Under the pieces are notes generated by a model. That model was not told the origin of the DNA. It saw only the letters and a program-made list of their open reading frames with translations, and ran no database searches. Below, piece by piece: positions 26,682 to 38,958 of a DNA stretch of 64,000 bases (its first letter is position 1; the number at the start of each line of letters is the position of its first letter). Made by a program: the position numbers and the translations under genes. This DNA is from Podarcis tiliguerta (taxonomy: Eukaryota): assembly GCA_965153285.1 (NCBI GenBank), contig OZ229111.1; one strand, given 5' to 3'.

Positions 26682-28590
26682 GCTGTAGCCAGGATTTGTT
26701 CACCATGAATCCCAGTTTGGATTGCACACTGAGCCAAACCTTGACTTAAAGCCCGATTGCACTGCACATTTAAGGCAGCATCAAAGCCCTTTGCACAGCC
26801 TTGGCTTCCCTAAAAGAATCCCTGGAAGTGGAGCTTGTTATGAGTGCTAAAATTCTCAGAGTGGCTTAACAGTCAATCCCTCTTCCCAGGGAACTCTGTA
26901 GTTCTGTGAGGGGAATCGGGATCACCTCACAATTGTCAGCACCCTTAACAAAATACTGTTCTTAGGGGAAGCCATGGCTGCTTAAAGTGGTCTGATATTG
27001 CTTTAAAGGTGTAGTGATGATGGGTCTAGCACTTAGTATGACATCAAAAAGGACCAGGGAGGAGCAAAGCAGCGATGAGAAACTATCGGGGAGCCTGCAG
27101 ATTTGTGTGGCCCCAAGCAGCCACCTTTGGGCTTGCTATATTGTGCAAACCCAGCCAAATAAGACACAGGAAGGGATAGGGTCACATCTGCTATTCCATT
27201 CCAAAGCCCCAGAATAAGAGGAGAAACATACAGGTTTTAAAAGCAAGAGAGAGGCAATTCTTACAAGAGGTAAATGAAGATGCCCTAACTCTGCTACTTC
27301 CCTGCTGTTAACCACCTCCTCCTGAAAACTGACCACAAAGCGGTGGTCAAGTTTGAGAACAAGAGTTTGCACGCCACACCTAGCTTGGCCCTGGGGGCCA
27401 GCCCCTCCTTCATGGAGAAATGAGAACAGCAATTGGGAGAAGCAGAAATGCCTCGGTAGCAGCAGCCACAACACGGGGTGGCAAGATTTTTTTCCTCCTT
27501 CCTGAGTGTTTTCTTCTCCTTTTGTTAAATGCAAGGCTTATTTGTTTTGCATGTTCATTACAGGTGTTTATCATTGATGGACTTGATTCTGCTGAGTTAG
27601 CCATTTTATTGCCTCCTGTTTGACAACTGGCTTTTGAAAGCTTATGGTTTAGAATTTTTTTTTTTTTTTTGTCACCTGCCTTGAGCAATAGGAGAGTTGG
27701 TCTGGCAAGGTGTTGGCAAAGCACAGCAAGATGTTCTCTCCCCCCATTTTAACTTCATAATAACCCTGCGAGGCAGGCTGCGCTAGGAAATGTCGACTCA
27801 TCCAGTGAGCTTTGCACCCAACATTGGATTGGCCTCCCTCCTCCGCACCTCATGCTCTACCTACAAACTTGCCACACTTAGACCTGGTCAGCACACGTAG
27901 CAGATCAAGATAGCTGCATGAGAAGAGGGGACTGTGTTGCTTCATGCCGCAGGGCAGGGATCACATTTTCTGATGTAGGAAACAAGTACAATTCTAGCAC
28001 AAGGTTGGACAAGAATTTTTCTCTCAGACATGCTTTGCTTTGTTTAGAAGTTGCATGGAATGAATATATACATACACATTTTTAAAAGATTTGCTGTACC
28101 TCCATCTCTTGCAGAAAAACTGCTTGGGGTCTCGGAGTCAGAACCGCTGCTGCCTTGCTGTAGGAGCAGCGGATTTTACTGATTTTACCAGAGGGAAATT
28201 CACATCCACTTTCACCCTGTTTGATGTTGAAGAAGAAGGGGGGGGCAGGGTGAGAAAGCGTTGGGGGGGGGGGGAGGTCTCTCTTTCTCTCTCTGCCATT
28301 GCCCAGCCTTTAACAAATGGTTCAGAAGGCAAGGAAGAAAAGCAGTGCATCTGGAACTTTGCTCTGGAGATGTTTTCAGTGGCTTTTTAAAAAGTGAAGG
28401 CAGCCCGGAAAAAAGCCAAGGCAGGAAATCTTCCTTACATGCTCATAAGGAGGAACAGCACATCTGCACCTTGGACGCATATGGAGTTCAAAGCAGTCCT
28501 TGCACGCATCTCCTGCTCATTCTTTTAGGGCTGGTTTCTGTATCACCTTATCCCAGTACTTGAAAGGAGCCAGTTTGGTTGAATGAAGTT

Positions 28591-28888
28591 CACAGAATTG
28601 TAGAATTGGAAGGGACCCCAACCTCTGCTTATGAACCTCCAAGAAAGGAAAGTCCACAGCCTCCCAAGGGAGACCGTTCCACCGTCAAACAGCTCTTACT
28701 GTCAGAAAGTTTTTTCCTGCTATTGAGTTGGAATCTCCTTTCTTGTAACTTGAAGCCATTGGTTTGAGTCCTGCCCTCCAGCGCAGGAGAAACTAAGCTT
28801 GCTCCATCTTCCATGTGACAGCCCTTGAGATATTTGAAGATGGCTATCCTATCTCCTCTCAGCCTCCTCTTTTCCAAAAGAAAGGCCA
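28591..28888 (-). mobile_element. CR1 LINE 3' end
   Basis: Minus-strand ORF LEKRRLRGDRIAIFKYLKGCHMEDGASL..TNGFKLQERRFQLN is the CR1 C-terminal signature, followed by a CR1-like terminus (GGGTCCCTTCCAATTCTACAATTCTGTG). Confidence 0.92.
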
Positions 28889-29238
28889 ATACTCGTGTAA
28901 AATTCTCAAAATTGACTCATGTCCCAAATTCAAAAAGTATCCCCCCACTTTCATGGGAGATGAATTGTCCCATGAAACCCTGGGATATTTGGCAAAGCTT
29001 TATCTGAAATTCATGAAAAACTAAAATGGAGCACCCATCTTTGTTTCATATTGAAATGAATATTTCTACATTATTTTAGCTCTGGGGCAGCTGACAGGGT
29101 GTCCTCTCGTGTGGTTGGCCTACACTATCCTCAGTGTTTGGCCATACTAGCTGCAGCTAATGGGCATTATAGTCTATTTATTTACAAAAAAAATTAATAT
29201 ACCACTATATCATCAAAATAAGACAAAACCATTCAATA

Positions 29239-29240
<2 letters not shown>

Positions 29241-29275
<35 letters not shown>

Positions 29276-31062
29276 AATTTTTTTATTTATACCCTGCCCT
29301 CCCCAGCCAAGGCCGGGCTCAGAGCGGCTTACAAGCAATAATAAAAACAAGATGAATGATTACAACTTAAAAACAAAATTAAAATACAACATTAAAATAA
29401 TGGAACATTAAAATATTAAAATGTAACCTCATCGCAGGAGGAGAAGGAAAAGAAAAAAGAAAGAGAGGGAGGGAGGGAATCAAATTGGCTCCAAGCCAAA
29501 GGCCAGGTGGAACAACTCTGTCTTACAGGCCCTGCGGAAAGAAATCAGATCCTGCAGGGCCCTGGTCTCATGAGGCAGAGCGTTCCACCAGGCTGGAGCC
29601 AGAGTTGAAAAGGCCCTGGCTCTGGTTGAAGCCAATCTAACTTCCTTAGGGCCTGGGACCACTAGGGTGTTGTTATTTATGGACCTTGAGGCTCTCCGTG
29701 GTCAAAAGCAGCACCTTAAATCTGACCCTGTACTCTACCGGGAGCCAGTGCAGCTTGAAAAACACTGGATGAATATGCTCCCATGGCAGAGACCCCGTGA
29801 GGAGCTTCGCTGCAGCATTCTGTACCCGCTGGAGTTTCTGGGACAGCTTCAAGGGCAGCCCCACGTAGAGTGAATTACAGTAGTCAAGCCTGGAGATGAC
29901 CGTCGCATGGATCACTGTGGCCAAATTGGGGCGGGAAAGGTAAGGGACCAACTGCTTGATGCGGCGAAGGTGGAAAAATATCGCCTTGGCTGTTGCTGTA
30001 ACTTGCGCCTCCATGGAAAGGGAGACATCAAGGATTACACCCAAACTCTTAACGGAAGGCAATGACACTAATTCGGCCCCCGCAAGAGAAGGGAGTTGGT
30101 CCCTCATCCCCATCCCCTCATCCCCTCATCCCCATGCCATTCCGACCTAGCCATAGGACCCCCCATGCCATTCCGACCTAGCCATAGGACCTAGCCATAG
30201 GACCTCAATCGGCTCCCACGAAACCATCCAGCCACAGCTTCCAAGCATCTGGTCAGTGTGTTCGGGGCTAAGTCAGTGTGGCCATCCATCAGCAGATAGA
30301 GCTGTGTGTCATCAGCATATTGGTGACAGCCCAGCCCAAAGCTCCAGATAATCTGGGCAAGGGGGCACTTAAAGATGTTAAAAAGCATTGGGGAGAGAAT
30401 TGTGCCCTGCGGCACTCCACACACCAAGGAGTGGCATGACGACAGTTCCCCCCAAGTGCCACCCTCTGTCCCCGACCAGAGAGAAATGAGCACAGCCATT
30501 GAAGGACTGTATATATAGAGTCAGACCTCTGTTCCATCTTCTGCAGTACAGTGATAATAGAGCACAAACAGTTACGGGCTATGCCCTGTATCCCCACATC
30601 TGCGAGGCGGTAGTCCAGAAGATCATGATCGACCATGTCAAAGGCTGCTGACAAATCTAAAAGGATCAGCAGTCCTGACCCGCCTCGATCCAGTTGTCTA
30701 CGGAGATCATCTGTTAGGGCAACCAGAGCCGTCTCTGTCCCAAAACCAGGACGGAAACCGGACTGAAATGGATCTAATGCCGATGTTTCCTCCAGAAACC
30801 TACCAAGCTGTTCAGCAACCGCTCTCTCAATTACCTTACCCAGGTATGGAAGATTTGAAACTGGGCGGTAATTGAATAGGTCTAAGGGATCTAATGAAGT
30901 TTTCTTTAAGAGTGGACACACCACTGCTTCCTTCAGTTCCCCTGGGAATGTCTCTGTGTCAAGGGACAAATTGATAATTTCAACCAGGGGGGTCCGCGCA
31001 ACATCTGGACACTCCCTAATCAGCCAAGACGGGCACGGATCAAGGAGGCAGGTGGTGGGCCT
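29241..31062 (-). mobile_element. L2 LINE, about 1.8 kb, 5'-truncated, with an internal deletion, micro-duplications and a 72-nt non-LINE insertion
   Basis: ORF pieces TTCLLDPCPSW..NYRPVSNLPYLGKVIE..FQSGFRPGFGTETAL..LLDLSAAFDMVDH, GVPQG..YADDTQLY, SRLDYCNSLY..LHWLPVEYRVRFK and RAFSTLAPAWWNALP. 3' tail ends in (GTT)n. Confidence 0.95.
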
Positions 31063-33401
31063 ACCAACTTGGAGGAATAAGACAAAACTATATAATAAAA
31101 GCATAAAAAGTAAAAACAAACAACAACAAAGCATCTGGAAGGTCCGACACCAGCTACACTCTGGTTGATTTTTGCATTTGTTTTTGAAACTAATGCACAA
31201 TGTTAATCACTACAAAGGAATACTATTTGCTCAGATTGCTCATCTTTTCCCAACTTACCTAAATAAATTTAAAATTCTGCACCAGGAAAAGTTGGATTTG
31301 CAATACAGTGCAAATTACTCATATTTATCTTTCTTAATTTATTCTGCTCATGCTAGTCATAGTGAAGCTCCGCTCACTGAAAATCCTGGAAATTCCAGGT
31401 GTCACTGCCTACTTGAAAATTATTATCTTTGTCAAAAGTGAGACCTAGGTGAGACCACCCTAGACAGTGTCCTCATGGAGAGCAGCAAGGCTGGGAAACC
31501 TTCGAACTTTCCAATATTGTTGGATTCCAGCTCTCCTCAGCCCTTTAGGAGCTATGGTCCGGTGACCACAGCTTCCCCGTTTCTGCAAATGGGTAAGGGA
31601 ACATCAGTGGCTTGGGCCCCTCCTTCCTCCGCTCTGAACCAGGGATGGGGAACCGGGCACCTTCATTACATTGCTGGACTCCCATCTGCCCCAGCGTGCA
31701 TAGCCAATGGTCTGGTCTGATGGCCGTTGGAGTGCAGCAACATCTGGAAGGACCACAGGTTCCCCCTGCGCTGCCTAGGCTAAGCTTTCATAGCTTCCTC
31801 AGCTCTTGCCTCATGGTGGGGTGGGGACCACGGCTTTAGCCAGCGTCTTTTAGGTTTCCATCCATTTCCAAAAAAGGAGAAGCGGCGGGGGAGGGAGTTC
31901 CATAGAGGAGATGTCACAGTGACAAGGAAATGAACGGAGAGGCCATCATCGATCAGGGCCGCAGGCGCCAGGATCAAAGGGACTTTACAGCTCGCCTCCC
32001 CGGGATCCTGCATGCCCACGTTCCCTGGGGTTACTGGAGCAACAGCATGTTCCAGCGGATGCTTTGCATTTTTATTCACACCACACATGTTTCCACTCTT
32101 CGGCAGGAATAATAAGAAAAACCTGCAAACCCAAATCTGCTGCCCACAACCCCTCCCCCAGTATGTATGCACGCACACAAGGACACACGCGCACACCCAC
32201 ATTCACACCCACCAGGCAGTGGCTATTTATGTCTTCTTTAATTTCTTGGTGCAAGGCATTTAGCCAGTTTTGTTCACTTAAGAGATAATTTTCTGACTCT
32301 CTGCCAGGTACTGCTGGATGTCCTGATTTTCTTGATTAAAAATCACTCTTGTATTCTGAACTGCTTTCTGGTGAAAGAAACAGCCTGCACCCATAAGGTA
32401 TGGATTTGGATGTCTTTAGAAGGGCGAAGGCTGAACATTTTTTTGGTGCAGGTGGCAGTGGGGGGACAGTTTAAAGATACAAAGCTGCTCCATACCAAGT
32501 AGAATCATTGGGCCACCTAGCTCACCCTTCTCTGCCCCAGGAGTAGCGAACATGGTTCCCTCCCAATGTTGATGGACTACAACTCCCATAATCCCTGACT
32601 GTTGACCATTGCCAACTGGGGCTGATGGGATCTGGAGTCTAACAAACTCTGGAAGGCAACACAATAGTAACAGAGAGACGAGTCCTGTGCTTGACTCTCA
32701 AGCTGACCCCCATATGCATTTCAGGGAAGCTTCTCCACCATTAGTGAACTTTTCATTCAAAAGCCCCCTGACAAGTGTCTGAGGAAGCCCAGGGTTCTCT
32801 AGCACATAGCAAAAGCCACTGCTCTGGTCTACTGAGCACATGAGAGGCAAGAAGGAACGCTGCTCTGACACGCTACCAGGGATGGGGAACCTGTGACCCT
32901 TCAGCTGTTGGACTCCAACTCCCACCAGCCCCAGCCAGCATGGCAAATCATCAGGGATGATGAGAGTTGTAGTCTAGCAGTATCAGGAGGGTCATAGGTT
33001 TCCCCATTGAAATATACTCCAGACTCTAGGGTTGCTCCTGCTCTGGCTGTGGTGTGTCACAAGCCCCTGCTGAAGGCTGAGGGTGAAATTATGGGATGCA
33101 GCTTTGAATTGGTTCTGGCGAAGCTTGTTGTGGCTCCAGGCACATCACACTGGCCTACGTCACAATCAGGCGCTCCCTCTGTTACTTTCCACTTCTGGAT
33201 GAGAGTCTTTAATGCAATAGATCTGCTAGGACAAACTTTTTTGCAGATGTGGGTGGTAGTTGCTGTATCAGGGCAAATAGGTGTTCCCTAAGATGGGGTG
33301 GGGGTGGGGAAGACATTGGCTGGCCACAGTCCACTTGCTATTTTTGAAAGAGAAGCTGATGGTGGGAGCAAAAAAACCGTGGACTGCTCAAAGGTGTAGT
33401 G

Positions 33402-33654
33402 AGAAGAAGAGAAGAGTTTGGATTTGATATCCCACTTTATCACTACCCAAAGGAGTCTCAAAACGGCTAACATTCTCCTTTCCCTTCCTCCCCCACAACA
33501 AACACTCTGTGAGGTGAGTGGGGCTGAGAGACTTCAGAGAAGTGTGACTAGTCCAAGGTGCATGTGGAGCAGCTGCATGTGGAGGAGTGGAAACACAAAC
33601 CCGGTTCACCAGATTATGAGTCCACAGCTCTTAACCACTACACCACACTGGCTC
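33402..33654 (-). mobile_element. tRNA-derived SINE (Squam3-like)
   Basis: Minus strand begins GAGCCAGTGTGGTGTAGTGGTTAAGAGC (A box) with a GGTTTGTGTTTCC B-box relic. MIR-like core and (CTT)-rich tail. Confidence 0.8.
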
Positions 33655-33806
33655 AATGGTGAGTGAACTAAGAATACAGCATGATGGGAATTGTAGTTCT
33701 GAGCATGAAAAGTTAAGAAGAGGACAGAGACAGAGTAGCTTTGATAGGTCTTTCGATTTTGACAAGTTGGGAACATAAGATATGGGGAGCCATCGCGGCT
33801 AGGAGC

Positions 33807-34038
33807 TACGGCTAGGCAATACCCGGTTTTCAACATCATGATAGATGACCAGCTAAACATTGCAATATACTGATAAATCGCAGTGTCTGTCATGATTTTT
33901 TCCACATTGTGATTTTTGCATAGCGCTCACACACACACAATTCACAATACATTGCTAGGTCAAAAATTATGAAACCAATATCACAATATGGACTTCAAAT
34001 CAGTTTTGGATGATATATTGATATAACTCCCAGCCCTA
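33807..34038. mobile_element. hAT (Ac-type) MITE with a perfect 8-bp TSD
   Basis: Termini TACGGCTAGG ... CCCAGCCCTA. TSD CTAGGAGC at 33799-33806 and 34039-34046. Confidence 0.85.
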
Positions 34039-37000
34039 CTAGGAGCCATTGTTTGCCTTATCCTCCATGAATTTGCCAACTCTTTTTAAAAAGCCATCCA
34101 AGTTGGTGCGAGCAAATTCCAAGTTTAACTCTTCATTACACCAAAAATAGGAACCCATTTAAAAGCCTTCATTTTTTCTCTAAATTCCTTTCCACTTCCC
34201 AAACTTTCTTCTGCATTCAGCCCTTGAGAGATTATTAATCTCTCTGTCAGCTTCCTCACGGTTGCAGTAAAGCTATTTAAGGGGAAGGTGTCTGGCTCAC
34301 AAAATTCCTGATGTTGTCCAATGCTCATCCATCTGTCTGAAGTGTTTTGAAATCATAACCCATTTTTCCTGTCTTCTGTTGAAAACTGACATGTTTTTCC
34401 GATTTGTAATCTAGCTAAATTTGTATGATGCTTAGTAAAAAACAAAACAAAAACCCAAAGGTATCCAAAAGCCTTTTTGTTAAAAAAAGGGGGGGGGGCA
34501 TTTATAAAGTTGTTATTTGTCAAAAGAAAATAAAGAAGTGGCATTTTTCATGGATCCTCAGCTCACTGAGGAACCTCCAGAGGCAAATGCAACAGGATCA
34601 AGGGATTTTCTTGCAAGGAAAGCACATTGGAAAGTAATGGTGGGGTTTTGTGATGTCCTTTAAAAATGTAGTGCTTTCTGCATGAGCAGAAACACTGATA
34701 ATACAGGGGAAATAAAGCACCCAGGCCAACAGTTATAGTAGTGAAAGCAACATCAGTTCCTCCCAAAGGATATGCTTGGAGCCTCCAGTCAGCTGTAAAC
34801 CTCAAATATCTTCCAAGCTGTTTCTCTCCACCTCCCATTAAGGTTGTGCACATTACTAGCTAACTAATAGCCAACAACCATCAAAAACCCATTAAAGACA
34901 TGTATCTTACTATGTATTGGACTTGTAAGCCTGTCATCATGCTGCAGTTTGCATGGCCATCCATAGGTGGCCAATGTAATTCCAGAATGATATCAAAACA
35001 GCAGGCAGGAGAACCAACAAGCAGTGGGGGTGGCAGGCAGCCCAGGCAAGCTGTTTAAAGGAGGTACTTCAGAGAACAGTTTGGCAAAGCAGACTCTGAA
35101 GCACACACCCTCCCAGGCAAACCATCATTGGCCACGCCAGTGCAGTGGTGGGCAGGGCTAGCTACAAAAAATAGGTGGAGCACAAGTAGGTTGCGACAGT
35201 TGGGTACATTTCAGATCCACATGAAGGTAGAGGTTTGGTTTCTGCATAACAACATATCTCTCCATCCAAGGAAGCAAGGGGCATCATCACAGGTCAGGGA
35301 TGCATTCCAACCAGGCTAAAGCACTCAAAGAGGATGAGGAGCAGGGCAAGAGAGTGTTGGAGCTTAGACAGAGCCCACAGGACGAAAAAGAGAGGGCTGG
35401 AGAGACAAAATTGGCTCCGAAGCCTGAGATTCCCCAACCCTGCAATATGTAAATTGGAACACAGTTATGGCAGATGTGGCTATGCACTGTATTTGCACCC
35501 AGACACTCATTTGGGTCCCATTGAACTTGATAGATTGGGATTTTATGCATTGTGAATGGTGCCTGCATGCTCTCTGAGGCGATTTCTTGAGTGTACAACA
35601 TATGCCCAGAGCTGAATAGGGATCAAGATGATAGACCCCGCTGCCCCCCCACCCAACCATCCAAATATTAATGTTGCAAAATTTGGATGTACAAATCCAG
35701 CCAAAATCCAGCATGTCAAAGCATGCCACTGCTACTGACAAGAGCACATACAAGCAACCCACATCCCATAGGTTGCATTGAAATTAATGGATCAAAATTT
35801 GTCATGTTCATTCATTTCAAGGGGTCTACTTTGAGTAGGAATAACGTTAGATACAGCCCCATGTTGCTTTTACATATATTCATTCCATACCATTTCCACA
35901 TTGATCTGTGTTTTGTTTTGCTTAAAAAACAAACAAACAAAAAAAAAACAACCATGAAAAAACACAAATAAGTGAATTTCAGTTTCTTGAATGTATTCCT
36001 AAATGTGTTTTGATGCATTTTTTACTCCGAGAACTGCAGTGCAAAATTTGGAGATGTGCAAAATCTGAAGGATAACTGCATTCTGATCCACAGTAACAAC
36101 AACAACAACAACAACAACAACAAGGTCTCAGGGACAGTTTTCAGTGCATGAAACCATAATTAAAACATTAACTTATCCACATTAGTCTGGGAGGCATACT
36201 AATCCCACATTACGATGGGAGGTCAGTTCATACTGGAATTCCCAAAAATCAAATCCCTCAGGCTTCCCCAGCTTTGACAGCGCCAATCACTTCCTTTGAA
36301 GGTATTGCAATGCCAGCCATCGAAAGGCACTTCCTCCCAACTTGGAGGTCCCGGAAATAACATAAATCATTCACTAACCTCAGGCAGGAAAATGCAGCTT
36401 CCATACATTGCACCTCTTAAGACTGGAAAAGGTCTACATATTTTAACAATTTAAACTGCAGAGACACCATTAACATTGCTTCGAGCAATCATATGGGCGA
36501 AACCGCTTTTAAAAAGATATATAAAAAGATATTTTTGGAATTAATAGTTGAATGGGGAGGGAGGATTTGGTTCTTATTTGAATATAACCTACATTCCAAA
36601 ACAATACTGTGAACATACAAACATACATATGTTTGTATCTTTGTATTTTAAACCAATAATATTTAATAAACAAACAAACAAACAAAAAATATACTGTGAA
36701 CAGCGCCATCCTTCAGAATTCACACTTTTCTGAATTTTGCAATGTATTTCTCCAGCCAAAAAATTGCAAACAAAATTGTGTACACTTGGGGAAAGTGTGT
36801 TTTAAGATGCACATCTTGCTGAAAGTAATATAAAATGTATTGTTTTAAGCAAAACTGCACAAAAAGATTAGGAGAAATGCACATTGTGCTGATGAGCTTT
36901 AATAATGCAAATGGATGGAGAAATGTAGCAAAGTGAACTTGAGAATATGAGCTGTGCCAAAAGTGACAGTGATACGTCTCTCCCTCTGCTGGGCACTGGC

Positions 37001-38958
37001 CTCTCTCCTGCTGCTCCTGCTTTCTCCTTCTGGAGCCATCTCCACACCACCCACTCCTATACCACTTGAACAGTCATGGCTTACCCCTTTCAAAGATCCC
37101 AATGTCCCACACTAGTCTTGCCAAACAAAACAAACCCCCAGAGTCACTAGTCCACACTAGGTTTTGTTAGCCCATCTGATGACATACACCTACAATGATT
37201 TATTAGCATAGCTGCTAAATTATCTGTGGCTTGACAAAATCTGTGGCTTGACAGAATCAAATGGAGTTTGGCTTGCATGGTCACCTGGGTTAGGTTTATG
37301 CTCGCAGAGGCAACCAGACAAGAGGCCTGCCCAATGCTGAGTCAAGTTCTGAAATGCCAAACATCTGCCACATTCTGTCCTACAAAGCCCCATATAGGAT
37401 TGCTACCTCTCAAAGAGAGAGTGAGATTCATTGAAATACATGCATATTAAAAGTGATTTTGCATTGCCTTGCAGTGGAGGTGCACTAGGGCCAGAGTGCT
37501 GGGTGCTGACTTGGTAAGGTTACAGAGGCTTCCAAGTCAGCCTTTGACATGGCCCAGTAAGGGCTTGCTGGGTTCTCTCCCACGCCCCAGTTCTGGGAAG
37601 GTACACATTCCAACACACCCACCTTCACCTACCCCATCCGCCAGCTCTCTGGAGTTGCCCAAGGCCCGTCTCATTGCAGGGGGTTTGCAGGAAGCTGGAT
37701 GATCGCTGGATCCCTTGCAACTCGTAGCCAGTGGAAAGTCCCCAGACAGACACTTCAGGCTAAGGGAAGTGGCCCAAACCTCGGGTCCCTCAGCTGTGTG
37801 TGTGTGTGGGGGGGGACAATCAAAACTGTCCCTGCTCCTTCTGGCTGCTTGACACAAGCTGGCCGGGTTTTGGAAACAGCAGTGGCTCCACCCCTCCCTA
37901 CATTTCTTCTGCAAGGCTGCAATCCTGTGCTCGCTTACGTGGGGATATCTCAACAAAATGGGGACTGCAAACCTGCAGAGGATTGCTTGGTAAAGAGTAC
38001 CGTAAGTCTGTTTACAAGTCCCGGAGACAACCCTGGGACATTTATGAGAAAAAAAGCATAGGGTTGGGTTGGAATGCTTGTGTCTCCAATGGAAAAAAAC
38101 TACATTTTCAGACTTTTTTTGCCAAAGCATTTGCTTTAACTCTAAAACCATTATGTTCCTGTGTAAATGGAAGTTGACACAGGGAAGGGACCACTTTACC
38201 TACTATTAACCCCCTGTGACCAAGATGGCAAACACCCCATCTCTCTCAGATATATCTATATCGATTTGTTCCTCCTGAGAATAGCCTGCATCGTTATCAG
38301 CTTGTGGCACTGCAGTAAGTAGCCCCAAAGAGTCCACCCAGCAGCAGCAAATGCTGCCCCATTTATCTTTTGATCAGCAGCGAAGGCACCAACCCAATGC
38401 AACAACTGCTTTGCAATCTTCATTGACAAGGTTGTGGGCAGGGGTCAGCCCCGGCAGACCCTTGTCAATTACACTGGGTGAGGGAAACATCCTCTGGCAT
38501 CCAAACGGCTGGCTAGAGCATCTGTGCCTAAGGGCTGGGGGGGGGGGAGGATGTTGGGGGAGAAGAGAAGAGGAAAGGAAGGCAATCTGGAACCCATAAG
38601 CTCTCTTGATGTTTGCATTATCGTGGAGGACTGCATTGGTCTGTGCACGGCCCCTCCCCTGGAACGCCTTACCCTATCCGTAAAGGGCATTAACAACATT
38701 TTCATAACGTCCCTCCTCTCTTTAGCCCTTTAGGAAGGGTGGAGGGAAAGGAGGGTGAATAAGCAGATCCTTGAAGGTTGGAGTAACTCAGAAAGCCTTT
38801 GCCGCTCTGGAAGCCGTGGGGCTTTTTTTCGGAAGGGTCCCACCTTTAAGGTTGCCCCATTCGAACCTCGGGTCGCCTTGGCCTGGATGCACCACGGCCT
38901 GTTAGATCCAGGTCCTTGCCGCGTCTACTGAGGGGGAAGGGAGGGAGATTCGCAAAGG

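Noticed and set aside
30289-31200. 303-aa RT-like ORF as a domesticated or active gene
   Set aside because: It is a truncated, frameshifted L2 fragment. The 72-nt insert is in frame by chance and the YADD motif lies in another frame.
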